Below the pieces are notes generated by a model. It saw nothing but the letters and a program-made list of their open reading frames with translations. It was not told the DNA's origin and ran no database searches. A stretch of DNA of 63,890 nucleotides, filler included, from Octopus bimaculoides (lineage: Eukaryota), in NCBI RefSeq assembly GCF_001194135.2. It is 10 parts of 10 records of this genome, joined end to end, with 100 filler letters (N's around TTAATTAATTAA, not from the genome) between each part and the next. Parts side by side here need not be neighbours in the genome. Positions count along the whole stretch, not along the records: positions 48,309 to 55,711 come from NC_068989.1; positions 55,812 to 62,341 come from NC_068986.1; positions 62,442 to 63,890 come from NW_026386875.1; 7 more parts are not named here. One strand, given 5' to 3'. Position numbers and translations under genes: made by a program. This document shows, in pieces, positions 50,548-62,992 of the stretch (position 1 is the stretch's first letter; each line of letters starts with the position of its first letter).

Positions 50548-50934
50548 ACATATATCTACCACAATTTTGTTGTTTAATTTATTAATTTAAATTTCTTTAT
50601 TAGAATGATAGTCAACCGAGTTATCCATTTAATTTTTAGGCCGAGTTATTTCCTATTAGCATTTTAGAATTCCTAATCTATTTCCAATATAAACAAAATT
50701 TCAACTCAGCCGCGAAAATGCAAACGTAAAAGATCTGATATAATTATATGCGGGAGAAAAACTTTCTTATACTTTCATACTTGTCAACAACCCTGCATTG
50801 AAGAACATCTCTTCCACAGAGAATATTTGTAGACAACTGCTTCAAGGCCTGTAGTGTCTTTAGACTGATTATAAATTCATATTTATACCAATAATTCTTG
50901 GTGAATTACAGTACTGTTATATTTTTTCTTCTTT

Positions 50935-51303
50935 TACTCGTATCAGTCATTTGACTATAGCCATGCTAGAACACTGACATAAGGGGTTTTAGTCGATGAA
51001 ATCGACCCCAGGACTTATTCTTTGTAAGCCTAGTATTTATTCTATAGGTCTGTTTTGCCGAACTGCTAAACACACCTGCATCGGTTGTCAAGTGATGGCG
51101 GATGGGGGGGGGGCACGCAGACTCACAGACACACACGCATATATATATATATATACACACACAACGGGATCCTTCAGTTTCCGTCTACCAAATCCACTCA
51201 CAAGGCTTTGGTCAGCCCGAGGCTATAGTAGATGACACTTGTCCTAGGTGCCACGCAGTGGGACTGAACCTGGAACCATGTGGTTCAGAAGCAAGCTTCT
51301 TAT
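50935..51303 (-). mobile_element. Major-family SINE with internal CA/TA microsatellite
   Basis: Same landmarks as 14535-14944. Confidence 0.85.
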
Positions 51304-51604
51304 CGTTAGCAAATGTTAATAATCTCAAAGAGCGAGGACTTCAGGCAAATAAAGTCATCAACAAATAGGCTGTTTGTAAGTACATTTTACAAGCTAAACA
51401 GTAAAAATTTACAAGGCTTTCCTTTAGTTCAACATGTAACGCCTATCGATATCGAAGTTGTTGAAATTCCGGCAATAGTGTCATTTCATTTTATTAGAAA
51501 CTATATCCTTCAGGAAAGGCAGACTTGACATAATTAAAAAAGATATGCATGAACAAAAATACATACAGGCGTATATATCATATCTATATGTTAAGGTATT
51601 TAAA

Positions 51605-51822
51605 TATTGACTTCAAATTTTGGCACAAGGCCAGCAACTTCGGGTGAGAGATAAGTCGATTACATCAACTCCAGTGTTCAACTGGTACTTATTCTATTGA
51701 CGCCGAAAGGATGAAAGGCAAAGTCGACTCCAGCGAAATTTGAACTAAGAACATAGAGACGGATGACATGTTGATAAGCATTTTACGTTGCGCGCTAACG
51801 ATTCTTCCAGCTCGTTGCCTGA
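51605..51822 (-). mobile_element. SINE, second family
   Basis: CAAATTTTGGCACAAGGCC...GGATGAAAGGCAAAGTCGAC...GCTAACGATTCTTCCAGCTCG. Confidence 0.8.
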
Positions 51823-52569
51823 AGGAGTTTAAATATGAATATCGAAAAAAGAAGGGGTTAAACTAATATACTCTTCGTAATTTTCATAAAGTACACATAT
51901 CACAATATACTAGTTCCTAGTTGAGTATGAAGCTATTTTCTGGAGTCACAAATAAGTAAATTTTATTTTAAATTATATGGTTCATTGGGAGAAATTTCAA
52001 CTATAGTCATAACATTTACGCTCCATATCCGGGAGCAAACCCAGACCTGCATATTATTCTCTCTCCCCCCCCATATATATATATATATATATATATANNN
52101 NNNNNNNNNNNNNNNNNNNNNNNNNNNNNNNNNNNNNNNNNNNNNNNNNNNNNNNNNNNNNNNNNNNNNNNNNNNNNNNNNNNNNNNNNNNNNNNNNNNN
52201 NNNNNNNNNNNNNNNNNNNNNNNNNNNNNNNNNNNNNNNNNNNNNNNNNNNNNNNNNNNNNNNNNNNNNNNNNNNNNNNNNNNNNNNNNNNNNNNNNNNN
52301 NNNNNNNNNNNNNNNNNNNNNNNNNNNNNNNNNNNNNNNNNNNNNNNNNNNNNNNNNNNNNNNNNNNNNNNNNNNNNNNNNNNNNNNNNNNNNNNNNNNN
52401 NNNNNNNNNNNNNNNNNNNNNNNNNNNNNNNNNNNNNNNNNNNNNNNNNNNNNNNNNNNNNNNNNNNNNNNNNNNNNNNNNNNNNNNNNNNNNNNNNNNN
52501 NNNNNNNNNNNNNNNNNNNNNNNNNNNNNNNNNNNNNNNNNNNNNNNNNNNNNNNNNNNNNNNNNNNNN

Positions 52570-52673
<104 letters not shown>

Positions 52674-52889
52674 TATACATATACATACATATATACATGT
52701 GTGGGGATGGGTGGGAGGAGATGTACTTGCATAGGAATTGTTTTGATTTGAGATCGTGTGCTGAAATTAAAGAAATTGCTTCGTGGAAGACACCAATTAA
52801 CCATTCGGAAATACACAAAGAACGTTAACTTCACTTAAACATACATTTTAAGAACTTTTCGTGGATTGCTACCTTATTCTAAGGAATAG

Positions 52890-53085
52890 ACTCGTTGTTT
52901 ACGGCAAGGAAAATGGTTGGCGACATTTCGTCTTCACGTTCTGAGTTCAAATTCCACCGAGGTCCACTTCGCCTTTCATCCTTTCGGGGTCGATAAAATA
53001 AGTACCAGTTGAGTACTGAGTCCGGTGTTATCGACTTACCTCCTCCACCGAAATTGTTGGGCTTGTGCCAAAATTTGAAACCAAT
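52890..53085 (+). mobile_element. SINE, second family
   Basis: CGTTCTGAGTTCAAATTCCACCGAGGTCCACTTCGCCTTTCATCCTTTCGGGGTCGATAAAATAAGTACCAGTT...CTTGTGCCAAAATTTG. Confidence 0.8.
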
Positions 53086-53846
53086 ATTTTAGTAAAATAA
53101 ATAAACTGATAAATATGACATTAATTTCAATGTTTATAGATTACCTATTGTTGTTCTTCGAAAATTTGGTTAAATTTCGATACTTTCACCCGCACGAGTT
53201 TCACTAAGAAAAATTAAAAAAACTCAGATTTTTCGCATGGAATCAAGTAGAATCTGAAAAAGGGTTGGGGAAAAACCGGACCTCACCTATCCTGGAATCA
53301 TTTAAATTTTTTTCTACTTTCGTTGAATGTATTACGGTGACCTCCTAATATGCTACAATACGCTTTTTTTTTTGGTCCAGAAAACGGGGTGGAACCCTCG
53401 GAAATTTCACCCCTCACTCCCATTTGGAAGTATACGCGCACGATTTTCACTAAGAAAAAAGAAACTAGGATTTTTTGTGGTGAATCAAGTACTCTGACCT
53501 CTTAATATGCAGCAAACCCCATGGTTTTGTTCGGAAAAAAGATGGGGTAGGAAACCAGACCATCTATCCTGGAATTATTAGATATTCGTTTTTCGATCTT
53601 ATAGATCAAACACACATACACACACAAAACATTGAACGTTTGTGGAGGGACATAAAGGAACAGATAAAAAGGCCAGGTATTCGGTCGAAATATCTGCATG
53701 AATACCTGGCTAGATATTTATTTATTTTCTCGGAGAAAAATAAACCACTCTTACTCCACAAATTTTTTCGATAAGTATCCCAATTATATGTACACCTCAC
53801 AGACCAGCAGCATCTTTCGATTACATAAGCACAACTCCAGAGAAGG

Positions 53847-53988
53847 GGGCCTATGCAGATTCGCACCTCTCCTTACAAAATGCATTTTTCTGAAAAAAGG
53901 TTATTTGGATTCCTAGGTTTTACATGTCGGAATAAACTTTTTCAGAAAAATGCATTTTTGAAGAGGAGGTGCGAATCTGCATTAGCCC
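53847..53988. repeat. Foldback inverted repeat, ~58-bp arms and ~25-nt spacer
   Basis: ATGCAGATTCGCACCTC...AAAATGCATTTTTCTGAAAAAAG matches the reverse complement of CTTTTTTCAGAAAAATGCATTTTT...GAGGTGCGAATCTGCAT. Confidence 0.85.
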
Positions 53989-55118
53989 CACCCGCAAAAT
54001 CTCGTGATTTTAGTGGGTGCATCGAAGAGCTTTTCCGTCATCCTCAAAAACTTCATGGATACGAAAAGACAAAACCGACGTATATGACAGGTATCTAAAA
54101 AATATTTCTGTGTACTTTTCTCTGTTTATTCATATAAGTTATTGAAACTGTTGCTCGCGTACACACAAAAGCAAAAATTCTCCAGGCATTTGTTTGTTAT
54201 TTTTAGCATATCGACATTTACAGTTTTAGACAGTTTGGAGTTTTCATATAAAATTTGAAATGAAAAAAATTTTTCCATTTTCTTAATCTCCGTATTTTTC
54301 CACGTACATTCAAATATAAATTTTAATTTTGAAAAAGTTCAGCGGTAAATATGCAACTTTTATTCTTTCTCTCTAAACTCCTCACATACAAAGATATATT
54401 TATTTTAAATATATTTATTTTAAATCGCTCCTTTTATTCTTTTATTCTATCTCCCTCTCACCTTACACGAAAATGTAACCCAAGCGAGTCTGGGTGTGAA
54501 AGATTTTCGTTTCTAAAACGCTGGTATAAAGCCGAAAATATTTAGTGGAGAAAAAGTATTTTTGGGGGATTAATTCATAATATGACGGCAAAGAAGTAAG
54601 TAGTACTTTGTCGGTGAATTTTACCTGTCTACATATACATACACGCTATTGAATATACATATACATACATACATATATAAATATATATGTATATATATAT
54701 NNNNNNNNNNNNNNNNNNNNNNNNNNNNNNNNNNNNNNNNNNNNNNNNNNNNNNNNNNNNNNNNNNNNNNNNNNNNNNNNNNNNNNNNNNNNNNNNNNNN
54801 NNNNNNNNNNNNNNNNNNNNNNNNNNNNNNNNNNNNNNNNNNNNNNNNNNNNNNNNNNNNNNNNNNNNNNNNNNNNNNNNNNNNNNNNNNNNNNNNNNNN
54901 NNNNNNNNNNNNNNNNNNNNNNNNNNNNNNNNNNNNNNNNNNNNNNNNNNNNNNNNNNNNNNNNNNNNNNNNNNNNNNNNNNNNNNNNNNNNNNNNNNNN
55001 NNNNNNNNNNNNNNNNNNNNNNNNNNNNNNNNNNNNNNNNNNNNNNNNNNNNNNNNNNNNNNNNNNNNNNNNNNNNNNNNNNNNNNNNNNNNNNNNNNNN
55101 NNNNNNNNNNNNNNNNNN

Positions 55119-55162
<44 letters not shown>

Positions 55163-55380
55163 TACACTATGTATGACTTCAGAAAAAAATATTTTCAGCA
55201 TAAAATACACACAGTATGAATGTGAACATATTAATCCACATTCTATATATATTTAATAACGAACCATGTAATCTGTACTATGGAAAATATATTTCTGTAA
55301 AATGTTGGAAGTGGGTGGGGGTGAAATTTCCGAGTGTTCCACTCCACCCTACTCCGTTTGCCGGACTAAAAAAGGGTTTT

Positions 55381-55711
55381 GTGCTCTTTGCAAAAAATGA
55401 CCAACAACTCAAAGGCCTACTAGCGATTGTTAAACAATTCAGTGATGACATCAGGATGTAATTTGGCCTTGATAAATGTGCAAAAGCTACCTTTATCAAA
55501 GGAAAAATGACAAATACATCTAATGTGAACCTTGACCAGCAAAATGTCATAAAAGAGTTAGAACCAGCAGAGAGCTACAAATACCTAGGGGTAATTGAAG
55601 GGGACAATATCAAGCACTCAGTGATGAGGGAAAGGATCAGAAGAGAATGTTATCGCAGGGTGAGAGCAATACTGAAGACAGAGCTGAACGCGAGAAACAG
55701 GATCGAAGCGA
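55381..55711 (+). pseudogene. R4/Dong-like non-LTR retrotransposon RT fragment
   Basis: LFAKNDQQLKGLLAIVKQFSDDIRM*FGLDKCAK...ESYKYLGVIEGDNIKHSVMRERIRRECYRRVRAILKTELNARNRIEA; premature stop at 55459-61; cut by a gap. Confidence 0.8.
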
Positions 55712-56329
55712 NNNNNNNNNNNNNNNNNNNNNNNNNNNNNNNNNNNNNNNNNNNNTTAATTAATTAANNNNNNNNNNNNNNNNNNNNNNNNNNNNNNNNN
55801 NNNNNNNNNNNTATATATAGGGGCGGTATTATTAAAATACCGTCACGGCCTATATATTTATATATATATGTATGTGTATGTATGTGAGTGTGTGCGTGTG
55901 CGAATACGTGTGTACATACATAGAGACACAAACACACACACACACACACATACACACACACACAGACACACACACATTATGGGATTCTAGCAAATTCACT
56001 CGCAAGGCATTGATCGGCCCGAGACTATGGCAAAAGGCATTTAGCCAAGCTGCCATTAAATGGGGCTGATCCCAAACCACCATGACTGCAAAGCTAGCTT
56101 CCGCACAACCATGCCTACAACTACACATGTAAGGTGTTTCCAATATAATGACAGCGTTTTAAAATCAAATAAATTGTTTCCTTATTTCTAATCTAATATG
56201 CAATCGTTTCAACAAATATGTGGAAATTCACCTGCGAATCAATAGTTCGTGTTTAGGCATATTCCGATTTAATATCATGGCTAGTTTAAGAAAAAGAAGA
56301 AAAAGAGATCTTTCCTTCTCGAGCCATAC

Positions 56330-56540
56330 CACGCTCATAAGGGTTGGTTTCCCGGTTTTAGTGGCGGATATGTTCCCCACCTGGATAGGACGCCAGTCCG
56401 TTGCAGGATTACTCGTTTTTGCTAGATGAGTGGACTGGAGCAACGTGAAACACAACGCGTCGCCCAGTCCAAGAATCGAAACCACAATCTTACGATCATC
56501 AGTCCAACACCCTAATCACTAAGCCACGCGTCTCCACTAG
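56330..56540 (-). mobile_element. tRNA-derived SINE
   Basis: GAGTGGACTGGAGCAACGTGAAA...GAATCGAAACC...CACCCTAATCACTAAGCCACGCGTCTCCAC. Confidence 0.75.
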
Positions 56541-58039
56541 AGGTAGTTTAAGACAGATGTCTAAATTTTCAAAGAATTGATCATGGTAAAAATTAAATGT
56601 TAGACAACAGGGGTTCAGTTCCGGGATCGGATGGTGTATTGCATTCTTGAGCAAGGCACTTTATTTCGCGTCGCTCCAAACTACTCACTTGCAATAAGTA
56701 CCAGTAGAAGTCGAAAGTTCACCCTGCAATAGATCCACGTGTCCCTCTGGGTGTCTTATATTCTTAGTTGCTCATAAGTCACGGCAACCAAGATAAGCGC
56801 TGACCTAATGAATCTCTATGTTCGAGGCAGAATCTATAGAGTGGAAGTAGTATGAGAAAGAGCAAGAGATAGAAAGATAGAGAGAAGAAGCTATATGGAA
56901 AGGTATATCACATGATGAAACATGTATTCGCAGAGGATGAAACGGAAAAAGATACAAAACAAATATTAATAAAAAATATTATAACTGCGAGGAAGGAAAA
57001 AATGCTATGACTGTCAATTGAAGGGGAAACAACCAGGTCTTAACTTGATTTCACTTCGCCCAACTGGAAAATAAGGGTTGTAGCGGCACAAGCAGTCAGC
57101 GCCATACTGGATGAGATCTCGCGGCAGCCATTGCGCGAGATCACAACGAGGCTCGTGATTGCAAACTGAATAAAAAGGCTCAGCAACCAGATTCTATCTC
57201 TCTTTTACCCGCGAGTGCTTGCTGAACACACTTCTCTGGTTGGGCCTCTAAGCTAATCTGCTTGTATCTCCTGAGGCAATGGGCCCGCGTAACGAAGAAC
57301 GACGAACTCACACCGCGTGAGATGGCTACAGAGAGCAACGCACTTCACCCCTGTATATATTATAAATAAAACTGATAGGGAATCTGCCTTTTGCCTAAGA
57401 CTTCTTTCCTCGACTGCTGGAGCCTTAAACAACACGAAGAACAAGAAATTAATGGGAGAAGGCGATATTCAGCCGATATCGAGAATCTTGCCTCCTATTA
57501 TAAATAAATAAGCAGAGAAAGCTTTGTGCTGGCGGGTCCGTGACCAAGACCGAAACTGGTAGCGGATCGTCAAGATTGATCGACAAAGCAGCAAACTGGC
57601 TCAGTCGTTGGAGCGTAGGAAAAATTGTTTGCAGAATAACTGTGTCTCTGTCTGTGGTGATGTTCTGCATGGTAAAAGCAGAAACTGATATCAGATGAGC
57701 AATAGAATCATTTTGCCATGTAGCCGGGTACCAATGGTTAAATAAAATCAGTTGTGGTGACACAAAAAAAAAATCATTGTGTTTTGTTGCTGATTCAAAA
57801 CCGTCATTCTCACTCACATTACTACTGCTACCGCTACTACACCCACTACATTCCACCCATCCCACCACATCCCCACCACACCAAACCTTCTCCTCTCCTT
57901 TTTCCTCATCTACATCTTCCTCTCCAGTCACCACCATCATCATAGTCACCATCACCACCACCAGCTACAACAACGTAACGTAGAATCCTCCATCTTTTTT
58001 TCTAAATACAGGACACAATATCCGGTACTCCGTCGCGAA

Positions 58040-58280
58040 ATAAACAATCAAGTGGCCGAGCACTCCACAGACACGCATACCCTTAACGTAGTGTGCATGA
58101 AGATTCAGTGTGACACAGAATGTGACAAGGGTGGCCCCTTTGAATTAGAAATATAACTAAATTTATCAGCTAAGTGAATTAGAGCAACGCCAAATGAAAT
58201 GCTTTGCTCAAGAACACAGCCAACGTGCCACCGGGACTCGAACTCGCAGCCTTACAACTGTAAGCCGAAAACCTCATACA
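58040..58280 (-). mobile_element. SINE, composite of third-family body and tRNA head
   Basis: GAGCACTCCACAGACACGCATACCCTTAACGTAG...GTGACACAG...GGGACTCGAACTC. Confidence 0.65.
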
Positions 58281-58924
58281 ACTAAAATACGACACAAATT
58301 TATCGAAGTCTGTTCTGTTTGAATGAAAGAAGGATTGGTCAGTGATGGGACATGTGTCCTATCATTGTTAACTAGGTGCTAAAAAACAAAAAAAAAACAA
58401 CATCAACACATACTCGCCTTATATAACTTCCTCTCACCGTCATCCTTATTGCCACTACGACCACTAATAACGTCTCTGTTAGCGCGTTCAATGGGATGGA
58501 TGCTACTGGCACACTTGAACCGTTTTCAAACCTTGCAGCCCGTTCCCACTTTACCTCTACTCTGCCAACGTCAGTAACACCATCACCATACTGTCACAAA
58601 CACAAGCGCCATCACCATTTACCAACACTGCAGCCACCACCACCAGCACCACCACCACCACCNNNNNNNNNNNNNNNNNNNNNNNNNNNNNNNNNNNNNN
58701 NNNNNNNNNNNNNNNNNNNNNNNNNNNNNNNNNNNNNNNNNNNNNNNNNNNNNNNNNNNNNNNNNNNNNNNNNNNNNNNNNNNNNNNNNNNNNNNNNNNN
58801 NNNNNNNNNNNNNNNNNNNNNNNNNNNNNNNNNNNNNNNNNNNNNNNNNNNNNNNNNNNNNNNNNNNNNNNNNNNNNNNNNNNNNNNNNNNNNNNNNNNN
58901 NNTATATATATATATATGTATATG

Positions 58925-59115
58925 TGTGTTTGTGTGTCTGTGTTTTCCCCCCAACCATCACTTGACAACCGATGCTGGTGTGTTTTCGTCCCCGTAACTT
59001 AGCGGTTCGGCAAAAAGAGACCGATAGAATAAGTGCTGGGGTCGAATTTCTCGACTACAAAGGCGGCGCTCCAGCTTGGCCGCAGTCAAATGACTGAAAC
59101 GAGTAAAAGAGTAAA
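58925..59115 (+). mobile_element. Major-family SINE 3' portion
   Basis: CTTGACAACCGATGCTGGTGTG...GCGGTTCGGCAAAAAGAGACCGATAGAATAAG...GTCAAATGACTGAAACGAGTAAAAG. Confidence 0.85.
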
Positions 59116-59910
59116 AAGAGAGAGTATAGTAGCCACAACGGTAAAGGCATCATCATTAGAAACAATAGCAACAATAACGTTATCAGTTGCAACATGAACA
59201 GTATAAAAATAACAAAATCAGTATAAAAGTAACTGCAATAACAATAACAACACCGATATCAACAGCAAAGATATGAAGAACAATAATAACAACATCAACA
59301 AGAGTGTCAAGAATAATAACAACAAAATAGCAACATAAACAATGGCACCGAGAACAGTAGAAAGATCAATAGCAACAACAGCAAAAGAAAAAAAAAAGGT
59401 GGTTTTAAGTTGACGCATATGATCCTTAAATGTAAAGTATGAATATTAAACTATACTTAATAGGCTTTGTTCTCTCACCGATTTCACGGTAAATGGTGAC
59501 GCTTTGAATTTTAGATGTTGATGTCGTTCAAAATGATCCCGTTCGTTTTCCAGTATGTTTTAGATATGGAAGTGTAGGTTTCTCAATTTCATGCAAGCTC
59601 TTAGTTTTTATTTTCTTGTAAATTTTTACTTTTTCCAAACTATAATTAAATTTTGCATTGGAACAGTTATTGTATTTTCTAAATCTGATACTCTTAATTG
59701 GCAACATATTTTGTTGATCGTTGGAAAACTCCGTTGAGAAGTAAGAATTTATAAGAAAAAAATGCTCCTTTTAATAAAATGGCTGCTTTAATTTTGTTCA
59801 TCAAAGGAAATATTGATCAAATTCATCTTTTGCTGAAATAAGTTTTCAATATTGAGCACGTGAGGCAGTATTACCCTTGTGATCATTTTAATGTTTCTAG
59901 AGGAAGTATA

Positions 59911-60350
59911 CCCCCTTTGATCAATAAGTATCTGGACTGTTGTCATAGTAACGAAGCTAAAGCATGCCGAGTAAAGTCGCTTAATAACGACCGACCTTAA
60001 ACTCTGCTGTGCATGCGCACTAAGACTTAGCGTTCTAGCTTGCTTCCGGCGTTTACAGTAGTGCTAGGAAGGAACGTGTGTAGCGTGTGATCATCGCATT
60101 GACAATGAGAGAAAAAATTCTCATGGTGATACCTGCTCAAAGGCCTACAAACAGTTTCAGAAAGTGTATGGAGAGGAGTGAATGAGCTGCACACAAGTGT
60201 ACGAGTGGTTCAGACGTTACCAAGATGGCTGAAAAATGTCGATATTGACGAATGTTGTCGGAAACCCGCAGCCAGAAGTACTGAGAAAAACATCGCAGAT
60301 GTGCATACAGTTGTGAGGAGAAATCGTCGAATCACCATCCGTGAGTTATC
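59911..60350 (+). mobile_element. mariner-family transposon 5' fragment (decayed TIR and HTH region)
   Basis: TA|CCCCCTTTGATCAATAAGTATCTGGACT mariner-like end; GDTCSKAYKQFQKVYGEE*MSCTQVYEWFRRYQDG, then after a frameshift DIDE...RSTEKNIADVHTVVRRNRRITIRELS. Confidence 0.8.
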
Positions 60351-61230
60351 TACATGCTATGAATCAATGGGCAGACAAAAATAAAATGCAACTAAACGAG
60401 GGAAAATTTGAGCTGATCCATTTTGAAAAAAATAAGACTATACTAAAACAGCCATACTCTCTTCCTTCAGGAGAACTCCTCACAGCATCTAACATCAGAG
60501 ACCTAGGAACAATTGTTGATAACAGTCTTATTTCGAGTGCCCACGTCAACAATAAGGTCGATATTGCTCGTAGGATGAGCTCCTGGATCCTGAGAACCTT
60601 CAGGCCCAGAGAACAAGGTGTCATCATTCCACTTTTCTCCTCCTTTGTACGGCCACACCTCGTATACTGCTATCCCTGAGGTCTCCCCATACAAAACAAA
60701 ACATCTCGAAAACTGAATCACTTCCGAGGTCATTCACTGAAAGAATAAAAGGCATGCCGGATCTCGATTATTGGGACTGCCTGAAAGCATTGAAACTCTT
60801 CTCTCTCCAGCGTCTCCTTGAGCGATATACCATGTGCACGATGTGGAGAATATATTACCAACATTGCCCAAACGACCTCAACATTAGCTTCAAAATTCAT
60901 CCAAGGCTATGACCACGGGCCATACGTCCCCTACCCAATTCAGGATCACACACAGCACATAAATACACTGCAACACAATTTCGTTTCCTCAACAGGCCCT
61001 GACCTATTTAACATTACCCCGAAACAGATCAAAGAGGAAAAGGATCTCCTTACCTTTTAACGGAATCTGACAAATTTCTTCAAGGAATACCAGATAAGCC
61101 ACCTATACCTGGATACAACTCACTCAGCCAGAACTCCCAACTGGAATGAACCATGATAGCACAAAACTTGATTTAAATTAGGTGGTGCTATTAAGTTAGA
61201 CATGGCCTGGGCCGATCTTTGGTCGAAACA
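60350..61230 (+). pseudogene. CR1-like LINE ORF2 C-terminal fragment and 3' end
   Basis: HAMNQWADKNKMQLNEGKFELIHF...NIRDLGTIVDNSL...FSSFVRPHLVYC, and after frameshifts IKGMPDLDYWDCLKALKLFSLQRLLERY. Confidence 0.85.
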
Positions 61231-61624
61231 TATATATATAATAATAATATAATATATATATATATATATATANNNNNNNNNNNNNNNNNNNNNNNNNNNN
61301 NNNNNNNNNNNNNNNNNNNNNNNNNNNNNNNNNNNNNNNNNNNNNNNNNNNNNNNNNNNNNNNNNNNNNNNNNNNNNNNNNNNNNNNNNNNNNNTAACAT
61401 ATAAAGAACGACCCTTTATCAGTTGCTGGTTGTTTTTCTACTCTCGTATTTCGAGCATTTGTTGATAAATTTATCAATTTATAATTTACCCTAGATTGTA
61501 AAATTATTTCTTTAGCGTTTCCTATGAAGAAACCATATTTGATGTCACTTTGTAGATATATCGCCTTTTTCGTTATATTGGCTCATATCTATATTTCTCA
61601 CATACTCTATCTATCAATCAATCA

Positions 61625-61669
<45 letters not shown>

Positions 61670-61714
61670 CCGAAATGTATTGCACTTTTAACAGAAGAAA
61701 GGTGTCGGCTGCAT

Positions 61715-61775
61715 GAACGTTTCGCACTCCTAGCATTCATCAGATATTCCGATGAAGGGTAGCAAGCCGAAGCTT
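61715..61775. ncRNA. Back-to-back inverted pair of minimal hammerhead-like motifs
   Basis: Minus strand: ATAT-CTGATGA-ATGCTAGGAGTGC-GAAACGTTC (core intact, stem II decayed). Plus strand: CCGATGA-AGGGTAGCAAGCC-GAAGCTT (core mutated). Confidence 0.45.
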
Positions 61776-61904
61776 CGAAATCACAGTTATCTACCTACAT
61801 ATAAACTTTCATAAACATCTTCTCTAGTCAAAAATATCGAGTAATCCTTCAAATTAATCTTATAAAATGTGACATAAAACACAAATTAACATATATATAC
61901 ATGC

Positions 61905-61966
<62 letters not shown>

Positions 61967-62244
61967 GTGTTTGTATGTTTGTGTTTCTCTGTGTGCGTAT
62001 GTAAATGTGTGTTATATATACCTCCACACAGACGCACACATGCACATGAACGCACACACGCGCGCGCACACACACGGACACACATCTGTATATGTATAAT
62101 TCTAATATTTTAATCGATAGACTGAAAAGCTCATGGCTGTGCATGCACAACTGCGTTTACTACACCGTGCTGCATTATAATCTACTATTGGGTTCTTAAT
62201 GTATTTCGTGGTATATTTTGATTCAAAGAACAAACACATACTAA

Positions 62245-62247
62245 ATA

Positions 62248-62303
<56 letters not shown>
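62245..62303. repeat. (AAT)n microsatellite
   Basis: Direct reading. Confidence 0.95.
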
Positions 62304-62304
<1 letters not shown>

Positions 62305-62441
62305 GTAACTTCTCATATATATATATATATATATATATGTGNNNNNNNNNNNNNNNNNNNNNNNNNNNNNNNNNNNNNNNNNNNNTTAATTAATTAANNN
62401 NNNNNNNNNNNNNNNNNNNNNNNNNNNNNNNNNNNNNNNNN

Positions 62442-62647
62442 AAACCAACACGAGTTGTCAAGCAATGGTGGGAACAAATGAAAATATACAAACACACGCA
62501 TGGCAAGTTTCTGCTCACCAAATTCACTCAAAGAACATTGGTCAGTCCAGAGCTATAGTAGAAGACATCTACCCAAGGTGCTGTACAGTGGGATTGAACC
62601 CCAAATCATATAGCTACAAAGCAAGTTTCTTAACCACACAGCCATAC
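62442..62647 (-). mobile_element. Major-family SINE 5' portion, decayed
   Basis: CCAAATTCACTCAAAG...GTGGGATTGAACCC...TTAACCACACAGCC. Confidence 0.75.
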
Positions 62648-62992
62648 TTGTGGCTATAAATGTTAATATATGTAATATTTCAGTAGCAAATCATGTTTAA
62701 TTAATGCTAGAATATATATTGATTTTCTCATTGTATACTACGTATATAAAGAAAAGATCATCATCATTANNNNNNNNNNNNNNNNNNNNNNNNNNNNNNN
62801 NNNNNNNNNNNNNNNNNNNNNNNNNNNNNNNNNNNNNNNNNNNNNNNNNNNNNNNNNNNNNNNNNNNNNNNNNNNNNNNNNNNNNNNNNNNNNNNNNNNN
62901 NNNNNNNNNNNNNNNNNNNNNNNNNNNNNNNNNNNNNNNNNNNNNNNNNNNNNNNNNNNNNNNNNNNNNNNNNNNNNNNNNNNNNNNNNNNN

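Noticed and set aside
59218-59418. Leu-rich ORF resembling a signal or transmembrane peptide
   Set aside because: Reverse translation of a degenerate (AAC/AAT)n tract.
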